This document shows positions 55,113 through 64,000 of a DNA stretch of 64,000 nt, piece by piece. The notes beneath the pieces were generated by a model that saw nothing but the letters and a program-made list of their open reading frames with translations, had not been told where the DNA came from and made no database searches. Position numbers and translations under genes: made by a program. Each line of letters opens with the position of its first letter. Position 1 is the first letter of the stretch. Source of the stretch: Coriobacteriaceae bacterium. Its GTDB lineage: Bacteria > Actinomycetota > Coriobacteriia > Coriobacteriales > Coriobacteriaceae. The DNA lies in assembly GCA_036718335.1 (NCBI GenBank), contig DAIMBN010000003.1, positions 1,862 to 65,861 on the forward strand, given 5' to 3'.

Positions 55113-56237
55113 ATGGACATCAAGACGATTGGCGTTGAGGAATGGCTCAACGTTTGGGAGAAGAGCGCCACGTGGGACATCGCCCAGTCGACGATCTCGT
55201 CGCTCACCATGGGCGAGCTGCGCGCGCTTGATGAACAGGACGGCGCCACGTTCTACGAGCGCCTGGATCGCGAGAAGATGAACTACGGCTGGATCGAGGA
55301 CTCGCCGGAGTTTAAGGCCGAGGTTGCCAAGCTGTATCGTCGGGAGGTCAATCCCGATCACATTCTGCAGACCAATGGCTGCACGGGCGCTAACCTCAAC
55401 GCCATCATGGCTGTGGTCGAGCCCGGCGACCATGTTATCGCCGAGTGGCCCACCTACGCGCCGCTCTACGAGATTCCGCGCACGCTGGGCGCCGAGGTCG
55501 AGTATTGGGAGCTTCGCGAGGAACTCGGCTGGAAGCCCGATATCGAGGAACTCAAGCGCTTGGTGCGCCCCAACACCAGACTCATCTGCATCAACAACGC
55601 ATCGAACCCCATCGGTACGGTGCTCGATGCCGATATGCTCGGCCAGATTGCCGAGATCGCCCGTTCGGTGGGCGCCTACGTGCTGTGCGACGAGGTGTAT
55701 CTGCCGCTTGAGAACACCGAGGCCTTTATGTCGATGGCTGACGTGTACGAGAATGCCATTGTCACCAACTCGGTGTCCAAGACCTATTCGGCGCCTGCGG
55801 CCCGCGTGGGCTGGGTCGTGGCAGACGAAGAGATATCCAGCCGCATCCGCACCTATCGCGATTACACCATGATCTGCGGCGGCGTGTTCAACGATGCCCT
55901 GGCGACCTATGTGCTTGAGCACAAGGACAAGATCCTTGAGCGCAATCGCAAGATCGTGTTTGGCAACCGCGATATCGCGCAGGCTTGGATCGATACGCAG
56001 CACCGCGTTTCCTGGACGGCGCCGCAGGGCGTGTCCACCTCGTTTATCCAGCTTGATATTCCCGAGGACGACGAGGAGTTCTGCAAGCGCCTGCTGTCCG
56101 AGAGGGGAGTGCTGCTGGTACCCGGCAGCCGCTTTGAGCTTCCCTGCGGCGCACGCCTGGGCTACTGCGCGAGCGAGGACGTTCTGCGCGAGGGCCTGAG
56201 GCTTTTGGGCGAGGCACTGGCGGAGTTCGATCGCTAG
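55113..56237 (+). CDS. Class I/II PLP-dependent aminotransferase
   Basis: AAGGAG lies 7 nt upstream of ATG 55113. PLP-lysine motif NSVSKTYSAPAARVGW; 374 aa. Confidence 0.8.
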   Translation: MDIKTIGVEEWLNVWEKSATWDIAQSTISSLTMGELRALDEQDGATFYERLDREKMNYGWIEDSPEFKAEVAKLYRREVNPDHILQTNGCTGANLNAIMAVVEPGDHVIAEWPTYAPLYEIPRTLGAEVEYWELREELGWKPDIEELKRLVRPNTRLICINNASNPIGTVLDADMLGQIAEIARSVGAYVLCDEVYLPLENTEAFMSMADVYENAIVTNSVSKTYSAPAARVGWVVADEEISSRIRTYRDYTMICGGVFNDALATYVLEHKDKILERNRKIVFGNRDIAQAWIDTQHRVSWTAPQGVSTSFIQLDIPEDDEEFCKRLLSERGVLLVPGSRFELPCGARLGYCASEDVLREGLRLLGEALAEFDR

Positions 56238-56286
56238 GATTCCGATGATCTTCGAGGGCCTTATCCAAATTAGCCGAAGATAATCG

Positions 56287-56325
56287 AAAACGGACCCGTT
56301 TCCCTAGTGAAGCGGGTCCGTTTTT
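56287..56325 (+). terminator. Intrinsic terminator after the aminotransferase
   Basis: AAAACGGACCCG ... CGGGTCCGTTTTT. Confidence 0.75.
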
Positions 56326-56471
56326 CTATACCGAGAAGTCAAGTTGTTACAAATGGAGCCGTAAAGCGAGTCGGTATCCGCTGGGCCTTATACTGAGTTT
56401 CCGGTGAACGGTATCAAGCGTCTGGTAAACGGTAATTTATTTACCAGAAATGAATAGGACAAACTTTTTTC

Positions 56472-56485
56472 TGAATAAAAATGAA
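56472..56485 (+). promoter_or_regulatory. ARG-box-like sequence upstream of arcA copy 2
   Basis: TGAATAAAAATGAA, nearly the same as 53362-53375. Confidence 0.3.
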
Positions 56486-56786
56486 AATGGTTGAGACACG
56501 GTATGAACCGCTAATTCTATTCATAGCTTTATTGGAAATATGCAATATGAGGGTGGTTTAGCAAAGTTTAGTTCCATTTGATTTTAGGATTGAAAACGCG
56601 TTTAAGCACGTAAATACGCTTTATTAAGATGAAGTGTGCCATGCGTGAAGTATATGTGTATGCCGTTCACCCCCTATAAAAAACCGTTCGGGAGCAAGGT
56701 GGAAGTATGAGCTGATTTTGGATATAAATATGTCGTCAGCAATAACGCCTCACACGGAGGGGCGCTAACGAATCGGCCCTGACAAG

Positions 56787-58051
56787 GGCCCGAAAGAAAG
56801 GTAGGAGGCCATGACGAAAGGTCTGCACGTGCCTTCCGAGATCGGCAAGCTCAGGAAGGTCTGCCTGCACCGTCCCGGCGACGAGCTCCTCAACCTGCCG
56901 CCCGACGAGCTCGAGCGACTCCTGTTCGACGACGTCCCGTTCCTGGAGGTCGCGCAGCAGGAGCACGACACCTTCGCCCAGATCCTGAGGGACCAGGGCG
57001 TGGAGGTCCTCTATCTCGAGAACCTCGTCGCCGAGGTGTTCGACCAGGTCCCCGGCGCCCGCGCCGAGTTCACCGACCAGTACATCGCCGAGGCCGGCAT
57101 CCGCGGCCAGCACATGCCGCAGATCGTCCGCGAGAAGCTGGACTCCATCGAGGACAACCTCGAGTTCGTCAAGAAGACCATGGCCGGCATGACCAAGTCC
57201 GAGATCGACATGCCCCTCACGGCCTCCACGACCCTCGACTCCCTGGTCAACTCCGAGTCCGAGTCCGACCTGATCATCGACCCGATGCCCAACCTCTACT
57301 TCACCCGCGACCCGTTCGCGGTCGTCGGCGAGGGCGTCAACCTCAACCGCATGTACTCGGTCACCCGCAACCGCGAGACCCTGTACGGCAAGTACGTCTT
57401 CAAGTACCACCCCGACTACAAGGACGTCTCGCTGTACTTCCGCCGCGACTGCCAGTTCCACACCGAGGGCGGCGACGTGCTGAACATCAACGAGAAGACC
57501 CTCGCCGTCGGCATCTCCCAGCGCACCCAGGCCGCCGCGATCGACGTCATGGCCCAGAACATCTTCTGGAACTCCGACTCCAAGGTCGAGCGCATCCTGG
57601 CCTTCGACATCCCGGTCTCGCGCGCCTTCATGCACCTCGACACGGTCTTCACCCAGATCGACGTCGATAAGTTCACGATCCACCCCGCCATCATGGGCAC
57701 CCTGCGCGTCTACGAGCTGACCGCCGGCAAGAACCCGGGCGACGTGAACATCCGCCTGATCGAGGACACCCTCGAGCACGTCCTGGAGGACGCCACCGGC
57801 GTCGACCAGGTCAAGCTGATCCCCTGCGGCGGCGGCGACCCGATCGCGGCCTCCCGCGAGCAGTGGAACGACGGCTCCAACACCCTGTGCGTCGAGCCCG
57901 GCAAGATCTGCGTCTACGCCCGCAACACCGTCACCAACGACGTGCTGTACAAGGAGGGCCTGGACCTTCTCGTCGTGCCCTCCGCCGAGCTCTCCCGCGG
58001 CCGCGGCGGCCCGCGCTGCATGAGCATGCCCTTCTGGCGCGAGGACCTCTA
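56787..58051 (+). repeat. 1265-bp direct repeat, copy 2
   Basis: See 53698-54962. Confidence 0.9.
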
Positions 58052-58052
58052 A
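56811..58052 (+). CDS. arcA: Arginine deiminase (copy 2, identical protein)
   Basis: The 413-aa translation is identical to copy 1. Ornithine carbamoyltransferase follows. Confidence 0.9.
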   Translation: MTKGLHVPSEIGKLRKVCLHRPGDELLNLPPDELERLLFDDVPFLEVAQQEHDTFAQILRDQGVEVLYLENLVAEVFDQVPGARAEFTDQYIAEAGIRGQHMPQIVREKLDSIEDNLEFVKKTMAGMTKSEIDMPLTASTTLDSLVNSESESDLIIDPMPNLYFTRDPFAVVGEGVNLNRMYSVTRNRETLYGKYVFKYHPDYKDVSLYFRRDCQFHTEGGDVLNINEKTLAVGISQRTQAAAIDVMAQNIFWNSDSKVERILAFDIPVSRAFMHLDTVFTQIDVDKFTIHPAIMGTLRVYELTAGKNPGDVNIRLIEDTLEHVLEDATGVDQVKLIPCGGGDPIAASREQWNDGSNTLCVEPGKICVYARNTVTNDVLYKEGLDLLVVPSAELSRGRGGPRCMSMPFWREDL

Positions 58053-58157
58053 GTCTTTCCGTTTCCGGTGCGGTCCCCCTACAACCGCACCGGCTTCGCC
58101 CGTTAAACGGGCAACACTGATACTTACGTAATTCATTTCTTCGAAAGGAATCGAACC

Positions 58158-59153
58158 ATGGGTGTTAACCTCTCCGGCCGTAGCTTCCTCAAGCTTCTCG
58201 ACCTCACCACCGAGGAGATCGAGTACCTGCTCAAGCTCTCCAAGAACTTCAAGGATATGAAGCGCGCTGGCGTTCCGCATCGCTATCTCGAGGGCAAGAA
58301 CATCGTTCTGCTCTTCCAGAAGACCTCCACTCGTACCCGCTGCGCCTTCGAGGTCGGCGGCATGGACCTGGGCATGGGCGTGACCTATCTCGATCCCGGT
58401 TCGTCGCAGATGGGCAAGAAGGAGTCCATCGAGGACACCGCCCGCGTTCTCGGCCGCATGTATGACGGCATCGAGTTCCGTGGCTTTGCCCAGGACGACG
58501 TCGAGGAGCTCGCTGCTAAGTCCGGCGTGCCCGTGTGGAACGGCCTGACCACTGAGTGGCATCCCACCCAGATGCTCGCCGATATCCTGACCGTCCAGGA
58601 GAACTTCAACTACGACATCAAGGGCAAGACCCTCGTCTTCATGGGCGACTGCAAGAACAACGTCGCTCGCTCCCTCATGGTCGTCTGCTCCAAGCTCGGC
58701 ATGAACTTCGTGGCCTGCGGCCCCGAGGAGTGCATGCCCGCCGACGACGTCATCGAGGCCTGCAAGCCCATCGCCGAGGCCAACGGTTGCACCATCAAGC
58801 TGACCACCGACGTCAAGGACGGCGTCACCGGTGCCGACGTTATCTACACCGACGTGTGGGTCTCCATGGGCGAGCCCGACGAGGTCTGGGCCGAGCGTAT
58901 CGCTCAGCTCACCCCGTATCGTGTTACCTCCGAGGTCATGGCTATGGCCAACCCGGGCGCCATCTTCCTGCACTGCCTGCCCAGCTTCCACGACACCAAC
59001 ACCACCATTGGCGCCGAGAAGTGCGAGCAGTTCGGCATCACCGAGCAGGAGGTCACCGACGAGGTCTTCGAGAGCCCCGCTTCCAAGGTCTTCGACGAGG
59101 CCGAGAACCGCATGCACACCATCAAGGCTGTCATGTACGCCACGCTCAAGTAA
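58158..59153 (+). CDS. arcB: Ornithine carbamoyltransferase (catabolic, by context)
   Basis: STRTRCAFE carbamoyl-phosphate motif and HCLP motif; 331 aa. Confidence 0.9.
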   Translation: MGVNLSGRSFLKLLDLTTEEIEYLLKLSKNFKDMKRAGVPHRYLEGKNIVLLFQKTSTRTRCAFEVGGMDLGMGVTYLDPGSSQMGKKESIEDTARVLGRMYDGIEFRGFAQDDVEELAAKSGVPVWNGLTTEWHPTQMLADILTVQENFNYDIKGKTLVFMGDCKNNVARSLMVVCSKLGMNFVACGPEECMPADDVIEACKPIAEANGCTIKLTTDVKDGVTGADVIYTDVWVSMGEPDEVWAERIAQLTPYRVTSEVMAMANPGAIFLHCLPSFHDTNTTIGAEKCEQFGITEQEVTDEVFESPASKVFDEAENRMHTIKAVMYATLK

Positions 59154-59300
59154 GAGCATCTAGCATCTCGCTCGGGGTGTCTTGCTGCACACCCCGAGCG
59201 GCTTTGTCTGGTAAATATCTCGCACCAGGCGGCAGGCACGGCACGGAAGAGCCGCTTCGGGCGAGATCAGTAAATGATTTATGAAGGGGGGATGAGAACT

Positions 59301-60779
59301 ATGACTGAGACCGCTAAGAAAAAGCGCGGTATGCCTTCATCGTTCACCATTCTTCTTGCTCTGCTGGCAATTGTCGCAGTGATTACCGTTATCGTCTCCG
59401 GCACGTCCGGTGGCGCGGTTACTGCCGCCCGTCTGAGCGATTTCTGCACCGCCCCGATTAAGGGCTTCGCTGACGCTCTGCCCGTCTGCCTCTTCGTTAT
59501 GATCCTGGGCGGCTTCCTCGGCATGATGACCGAGACCGGCGCCCTGGACAACGGCATCGCCGTCCTGGTGCAGAAGCTTAAGGGTAATGAGATCATGCTC
59601 ATTCCCGTGCTGATGCTCATCTTCTCCCTCGGTGGTACCACCTATGGTATGTGCGAGGAGACCGTTCCCTTCTACGCCTTGCTTGCCGCTACCATGATGG
59701 CCGCTGGCTTCGACCCGATGGTCGGTGCCGCCACCGTCCTGCTCGGCGCTGGCTGCGGCTGCCTGGGCTCCACGGTTAACCCGTTCGCCGTCGGCGCTGC
59801 CGTCGACGCTCTGACCGGCGTTGGCATTGAGGTCAACCAGTCCATCATCATCGGCCTCGGTGCCGTCCTGTGGATTGTTACCACTGCTATGTCCATCTTC
59901 TTCGTCATGAGCTATGCCAAGAAGGTCAAGGCTGACAAGGGTTCCACCATCCTGTCGATGCAGGAGCTCAAGGACGCCGAAGAGGCTCACGGCAAGGCTG
60001 CTTCCGAGGTTCACAATGAGGTCAAGCTCACCGGTCGTCAGAAGGGTGTTCTGATCGCCTTTGCCTTCACCTTCGTCGTCATGATCGTCGGCTTCATCCC
60101 GCTGGCCGACCTCAACGAGGGCGTCGCCAACTTCTTTGACGCTGGCGCTGTCTACGATGCCGACGGTAACGCCGTCGTCCAGGGCTGGTCTGCCCTGATC
60201 ACCGGCCTGCCCATTGGCCAGTGGTACTTCGACGAGGCTTCCACCTGGTTCTTCCTCATGGCTGTCCTGATCGGTATCATCGGTGGCCTGTCCGAGAAGC
60301 AGATCGTCAACACCTTCATCACCGGCGCTGCCGACATGATGTCCGTTGTTCTCGTCATCGCCCTCGCTCGTGGTATCTCCGTCCTCATGGCTAACACCGG
60401 CCTCGACGTCTACGTCCTCGACGCTGCCGCCAATGCCCTGGCTGGCCTGTCCGGTGTGATCTTCGCTCCCATGAGCTTCCTGGTCTACTTCGGCCTGTCC
60501 TTCCTGATCCCCTCGACCTCCGGTATGGCCACCGTCTCCATGCCCATCATGGGACCGCTGGCTGTTAAGCTCGGCTTCTCGCCCGAGGTCATGGTCATGA
60601 TCTTCTCCGCCGCCATCGGTGTCGTGAACCTGTTCACCCCGACCTCCGGCGCCATCATGGGCGGTCTCGCCCTGGCCAAGATCGAGTGGACGACCTGGCT
60701 CAAGTTTGCCCTTAAGCTCATCGTCGCGCTCTCCGTCGTCTGCGCCATCATCCTGACCGTCGCCTGCGTGTTGCTCTAA
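59301..60779 (+). CDS. YfcC/DcuC-type anaerobic carrier family membrane protein (putative arginine/ornithine exchanger of the ADI cluster)
   Basis: About 490 aa and highly hydrophobic. Its position after arcA-arcB is typical for YfcC-type ArcD substitutes. The start is ATG 59301, 59292 or 59274. Confidence 0.75.
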   Translation: MTETAKKKRGMPSSFTILLALLAIVAVITVIVSGTSGGAVTAARLSDFCTAPIKGFADALPVCLFVMILGGFLGMMTETGALDNGIAVLVQKLKGNEIMLIPVLMLIFSLGGTTYGMCEETVPFYALLAATMMAAGFDPMVGAATVLLGAGCGCLGSTVNPFAVGAAVDALTGVGIEVNQSIIIGLGAVLWIVTTAMSIFFVMSYAKKVKADKGSTILSMQELKDAEEAHGKAASEVHNEVKLTGRQKGVLIAFAFTFVVMIVGFIPLADLNEGVANFFDAGAVYDADGNAVVQGWSALITGLPIGQWYFDEASTWFFLMAVLIGIIGGLSEKQIVNTFITGAADMMSVVLVIALARGISVLMANTGLDVYVLDAAANALAGLSGVIFAPMSFLVYFGLSFLIPSTSGMATVSMPIMGPLAVKLGFSPEVMVMIFSAAIGVVNLFTPTSGAIMGGLALAKIEWTTWLKFALKLIVALSVVCAIILTVACVLL

Positions 60780-60881
60780 GTACCCAACGGGTACCCCACG
60801 GAAACCTTGACGATCCTGTAAAGGATCACCTGGTCATCGTCTGTCCGGTGGGGTCAACCCACCGGTAGACTCCTACCTTTA

Positions 60882-60911
60882 GCCCCCTCCCGTTCCGTGC
60901 GCGGGAGGGGG
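60882..60911 (+). terminator. GC-rich hairpin after the carrier gene
   Basis: GCCCCCTCCCG TTCCGTGCG CGGGAGGGGGC, followed by a weak T-tract (GCTCTTGTGTT). Confidence 0.5.
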
Positions 60912-60920
60912 CGCTCTTGT

Positions 60921-61079
60921 GTTCCGGCGTTTTACCAAACGCCGTAACCGCTCGACGCTGCAAGCCCGCCAGAGCGGCAATCTGACGTTCAATCGTCGGG
61001 CATGGCCAAAAGGCCTATGCCCTCCTCTTTCACGTCACCTTGCTCGCTCTGGCGGGCTTTCGCTGGCTTATGCTCAACC
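60921..61079 (+). repeat. Family-1 structured intergenic repeat, copy C
   Basis: Same conserved blocks as copies A and B. The variable stems are CCGCCAGAG / CTCTGGCGG, and the apical hairpin is GGGCATGGCC AAA AGGCCTATGCCC. Confidence 0.85.
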
Positions 61080-61260
61080 TGCGGCGCTGCCATCGTTGGT
61101 GCTGAGCGACTTGTTCCCCGCCTCAAATTAGCCATCCTGGGTCCCCGGTGGTTGCGGTGGGCGTGTTTGGTTGGTGCCTGTTGATGGTTTGGGTATCGGG
61201 GAGGGCGGGCTCCGTTATAATCGCCTAGAACATTAAATGGAAACGGGACGGGAGCCATAT

Positions 61261-62742
61261 ATGCGCCAGGGTTTCGACAACGCGAAGTATATCGAGCTGC
61301 AGGCTGCTCACATTAAGGAGCGCATCTCACAGTTTGGTGGCAAGCTCTATTTGGAGTTTGGCGGCAAGCTGTTCGATGACTATCATGCGAGCCGCGTGCT
61401 GCCGGGTTTTGAACCGGACAGCAAGTTCCGCATGCTCAAGAGCATCGCCGACGATGTCGAGGTTATCATCGCGATCAACGCGAACCACATCGAGAAAAAC
61501 AAGGCTCGTGGTGACCTTGGCATTACCTATGACGAGGATGTGCTGCGCCTGGTTGACCTGTTCCGCGGCAACGGCTTTGCCGTCGCGGCTGTGGTCATCA
61601 CCCAGTACGCCGGCCAGCCTGCTGCCGATGTGTTCCGCAACCGCTTGAACGCGCTCGGTATTCCCGCCAAGCTGCACTATCCCATCGAGGGGTATCCGCA
61701 CGATGTCGATCTGATCGTGTCCGACGATGGCTACGGCAAGAACGAGTTTGTCGAGACCACGCGTCCGCTCGTTGTCGTGACGGCACCCGGCCCCGGCTCG
61801 GGCAAGCTCGCTACTTGCCTCTCGCAGCTGTATCACGAGCATAAGCACGGTACCGCCGCCGGCTATGCCAAGTTCGAGACCTTCCCGGTCTGGAATCTTC
61901 CTCTGACGCATCCGGTCAATATTGCCTACGAGGCCGCCACGGCTGACCTCGACGACGCCAATATCATCGATTCGTTCCACCTTGAGGCCTACAACAAGAC
62001 CACGGTCAACTACAACCGCGACGTCGAGGCCTTCCCGGTAGTCCGTGCCCTGATGGAAAAGATCCTGGGCAAGAGCCCCTACCAGAGCCCTACGGACATG
62101 GGCGTCAATATGGTCGGCTTTGCCATCACCGATGACGATGCCTGCCGCGACGCTTCCAAGATGGAGATTGTCCGCCGCTACTTTACCGCGGTCGAAAATG
62201 TGCGCCGTACCGGCGTGGGCGATGAGCAAGTCGACCGTCTCAAGATTATTATGAAGAAAGCCGGCATCGATAAGAACTACTCACCGGCGCGCTCGGCGGC
62301 CCTCACCAGGGAGCAACTGACGGGTGGTCCCGTGGGTGCCATGGTCATGCCCGATGGCTCCGTGGTGACCGGTAAGACCTCCACGCGCCTGGGCGCCGCA
62401 AGTTCGCTCATTATGAACGCCCTCAAGCACGTCTCGGGCGTCGACCTTGAGCTCGAGGTTATCAGCGATGAGGCGATCGAGCCCATCAGCAAGCTCAAGA
62501 CGCATTTCCTGGGCAGCAAAAACCCGCGCCTCCACACCGACGAGACGCTTATGGCGCTGTCGATCACCTCGGCCACGAGTGAGACGGCCGCTCGCGTCCT
62601 TTCGGGCCTGGAGCAGCTGCGCGGTTGCGATGCCTTCTTTAGCGTGATTATCTCGCCGACGGACGAGACGGTACTGCGCAAACTGGGTATCAACGTGTGC
62701 TGCGAGCCCAAGTTTGAGCGCCGCGGTTTCTTCCATCGCTAA
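61261..62742 (+). CDS. DUF1846 (UPF0371) family protein
   Basis: MRQGFDNAKYIELQAAHIKERISQFGGKLYLEFGGKLFDDYHASRVLPGF is the canonical N-terminus of this ~500-aa family. Confidence 0.85.
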   Translation: MRQGFDNAKYIELQAAHIKERISQFGGKLYLEFGGKLFDDYHASRVLPGFEPDSKFRMLKSIADDVEVIIAINANHIEKNKARGDLGITYDEDVLRLVDLFRGNGFAVAAVVITQYAGQPAADVFRNRLNALGIPAKLHYPIEGYPHDVDLIVSDDGYGKNEFVETTRPLVVVTAPGPGSGKLATCLSQLYHEHKHGTAAGYAKFETFPVWNLPLTHPVNIAYEAATADLDDANIIDSFHLEAYNKTTVNYNRDVEAFPVVRALMEKILGKSPYQSPTDMGVNMVGFAITDDDACRDASKMEIVRRYFTAVENVRRTGVGDEQVDRLKIIMKKAGIDKNYSPARSAALTREQLTGGPVGAMVMPDGSVVTGKTSTRLGAASSLIMNALKHVSGVDLELEVISDEAIEPISKLKTHFLGSKNPRLHTDETLMALSITSATSETAARVLSGLEQLRGCDAFFSVIISPTDETVLRKLGINVCCEPKFERRGFFHR

Positions 62743-62776
62743 GTTTGAAGCACCGCGGTAATTGCATTGCATTTTG

Positions 62777-62809
62777 GCCGTATCGGGTTAGCGCCCGGTA
62801 CGGCTTTTT
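62777..62809 (+). terminator. Intrinsic terminator after the DUF1846 gene
   Basis: GCCGTATCGGG TTAGCG CCCGGTACGGC TTTTT. Confidence 0.75.
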
Positions 62810-62998
62810 GATCAATAAAGCGCCTATTTCGGCGAAAAATAGCTGTTTACCTGCCTAGAAACAATTTGAGCGGTATACAATAACCGTAACTGTTTCATCC
62901 TTAGCGGGATGCCGCATGATGGATATTACCTGCCATCGTGAGGTGTGTCGGTCGCGCACGGCGCGTTAGATGCTCGTGCTCGGTTTGAGGAGGCTGCT

Positions 62999-63337
62999 AT
63001 GGCGGGCAAGGGTCGTGCGAGTGTCAACGATATGAAGCGTGTCGAGGTGCTGGTGTTGATGGAGATCGACCAGCAAACCGAAGACAATGGCGGGCCGTAT
63101 GGTTTCTCGCGCAAAACGCTTGCCGAGCGCGTGGGGGTTTCGCCGTATCGTGTCCGCGCCGCAATCGATCGCTTGGATTCCGAAGGCATGATTGATGTCG
63201 TCTCGCGTTATAGCGACGACGGCGGTCAGCTTGCAAATGGCATTTGCCTCACCGAACGTGGCGAGTGGTATCTTGAGGGCGTCCGTACCGGCATGCTCGT
63301 TCAAGAAATGCTTGAGGACGAGGTTTCTGATCGATAG
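62999..63337 (+). CDS. Small winged-helix (MarR/ArsR-like) DNA-binding protein, hypothetical
   Basis: GAGGAGG lies upstream of ATG 62999. ...FSRKTLAERVGVSPYRVRAAIDRLDSEGMIDVV... is HTH-like. Confidence 0.5.
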   Translation: MAGKGRASVNDMKRVEVLVLMEIDQQTEDNGGPYGFSRKTLAERVGVSPYRVRAAIDRLDSEGMIDVVSRYSDDGGQLANGICLTERGEWYLEGVRTGMLVQEMLEDEVSDR

Positions 63338-63361
63338 CAGCATGTAACCCTTGCCACAGCG

Positions 63362-63395
63362 ACGCCGCCTGGGAAACCGGGCGGCGTTTTGTTTC
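63362..63395 (+). terminator. Intrinsic terminator
   Basis: ACGCCGCC TGGGAAACC GGGCGGCGT TTTGTTT. Confidence 0.7.
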
Positions 63396-63509
63396 AAGAT
63401 TGAGAAATGCAATCGCACGCGAGAAAAATTGCGAACGGTCCGCGGCGCGAGTATTACAATGAAGACCCGTAAGATGTGGATAAACAACTTCTACGGGAAG
63501 CGCAGGTAA

Positions 63510-64000
<491 letters not shown>

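Overview
High-GC (roughly 60 % G+C by eye) chromosomal segment from a Gram-positive bacterium. Gene content suggests a Coriobacteriia or Collinsella-like gut actinobacterium, which is inference only. I support about 60 protein genes. Most are housekeeping: nadE, ldh, a lysine/DAP acetyl-branch cluster (lysA-dapA fusion, dapB, dapH, N-acetyl-DAP deacetylase-like M20, aminotransferase) behind a lysine riboswitch, higBA, a Ser/Thr kinase, a D-Asp ligase/racemase pair, a dedicated ECF transporter, rnd, xseAB, two tandem acetate kinases plus pta, glf plus a GT2, maf, ppk1, an arginine deiminase cluster, DUF1846 and pyrG. The ORF track's long ORFs lying antisense to these genes are GC3-driven shadow ORFs and were not called.

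Things worth a second look:
1. An AT-rich island at about 1.9-6.3 kb carries a RiPP-like operon: a DUF2087-like protein, an MFS exporter and a B12-binding radical SAM enzyme with PqqD-like C-terminal domains. An untracked 36-aa acidic peptide ORF (6069-6179) sits directly downstream. The radical SAM gene is interrupted by tandem in-frame stops, TAG TGA.
2. An untracked 22-codon leader ORF with three consecutive Trp codons, followed by an intrinsic terminator, lies upstream of a TrpP-like ECF S-component. This looks like a ribosome-mediated Trp attenuator on a transporter operon.
3. Two families of long structured palindromic intergenic repeats show compensatory stem substitutions. Every copy sits just 3' of a gene and in that gene's orientation (13279-13483, 35048-35194, 60921-61079; 46667-46776, 46872-46992).
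4. A 1265-bp direct repeat, which appears 100 % identical, duplicates arcA 3089 bp apart, while the upstream regions are homologous but diverged.
5. lysA and dapA form one in-frame ORF.

All coordinates and motifs were read directly from the sequence. Family assignments rest on recognisable motifs, not database searches.
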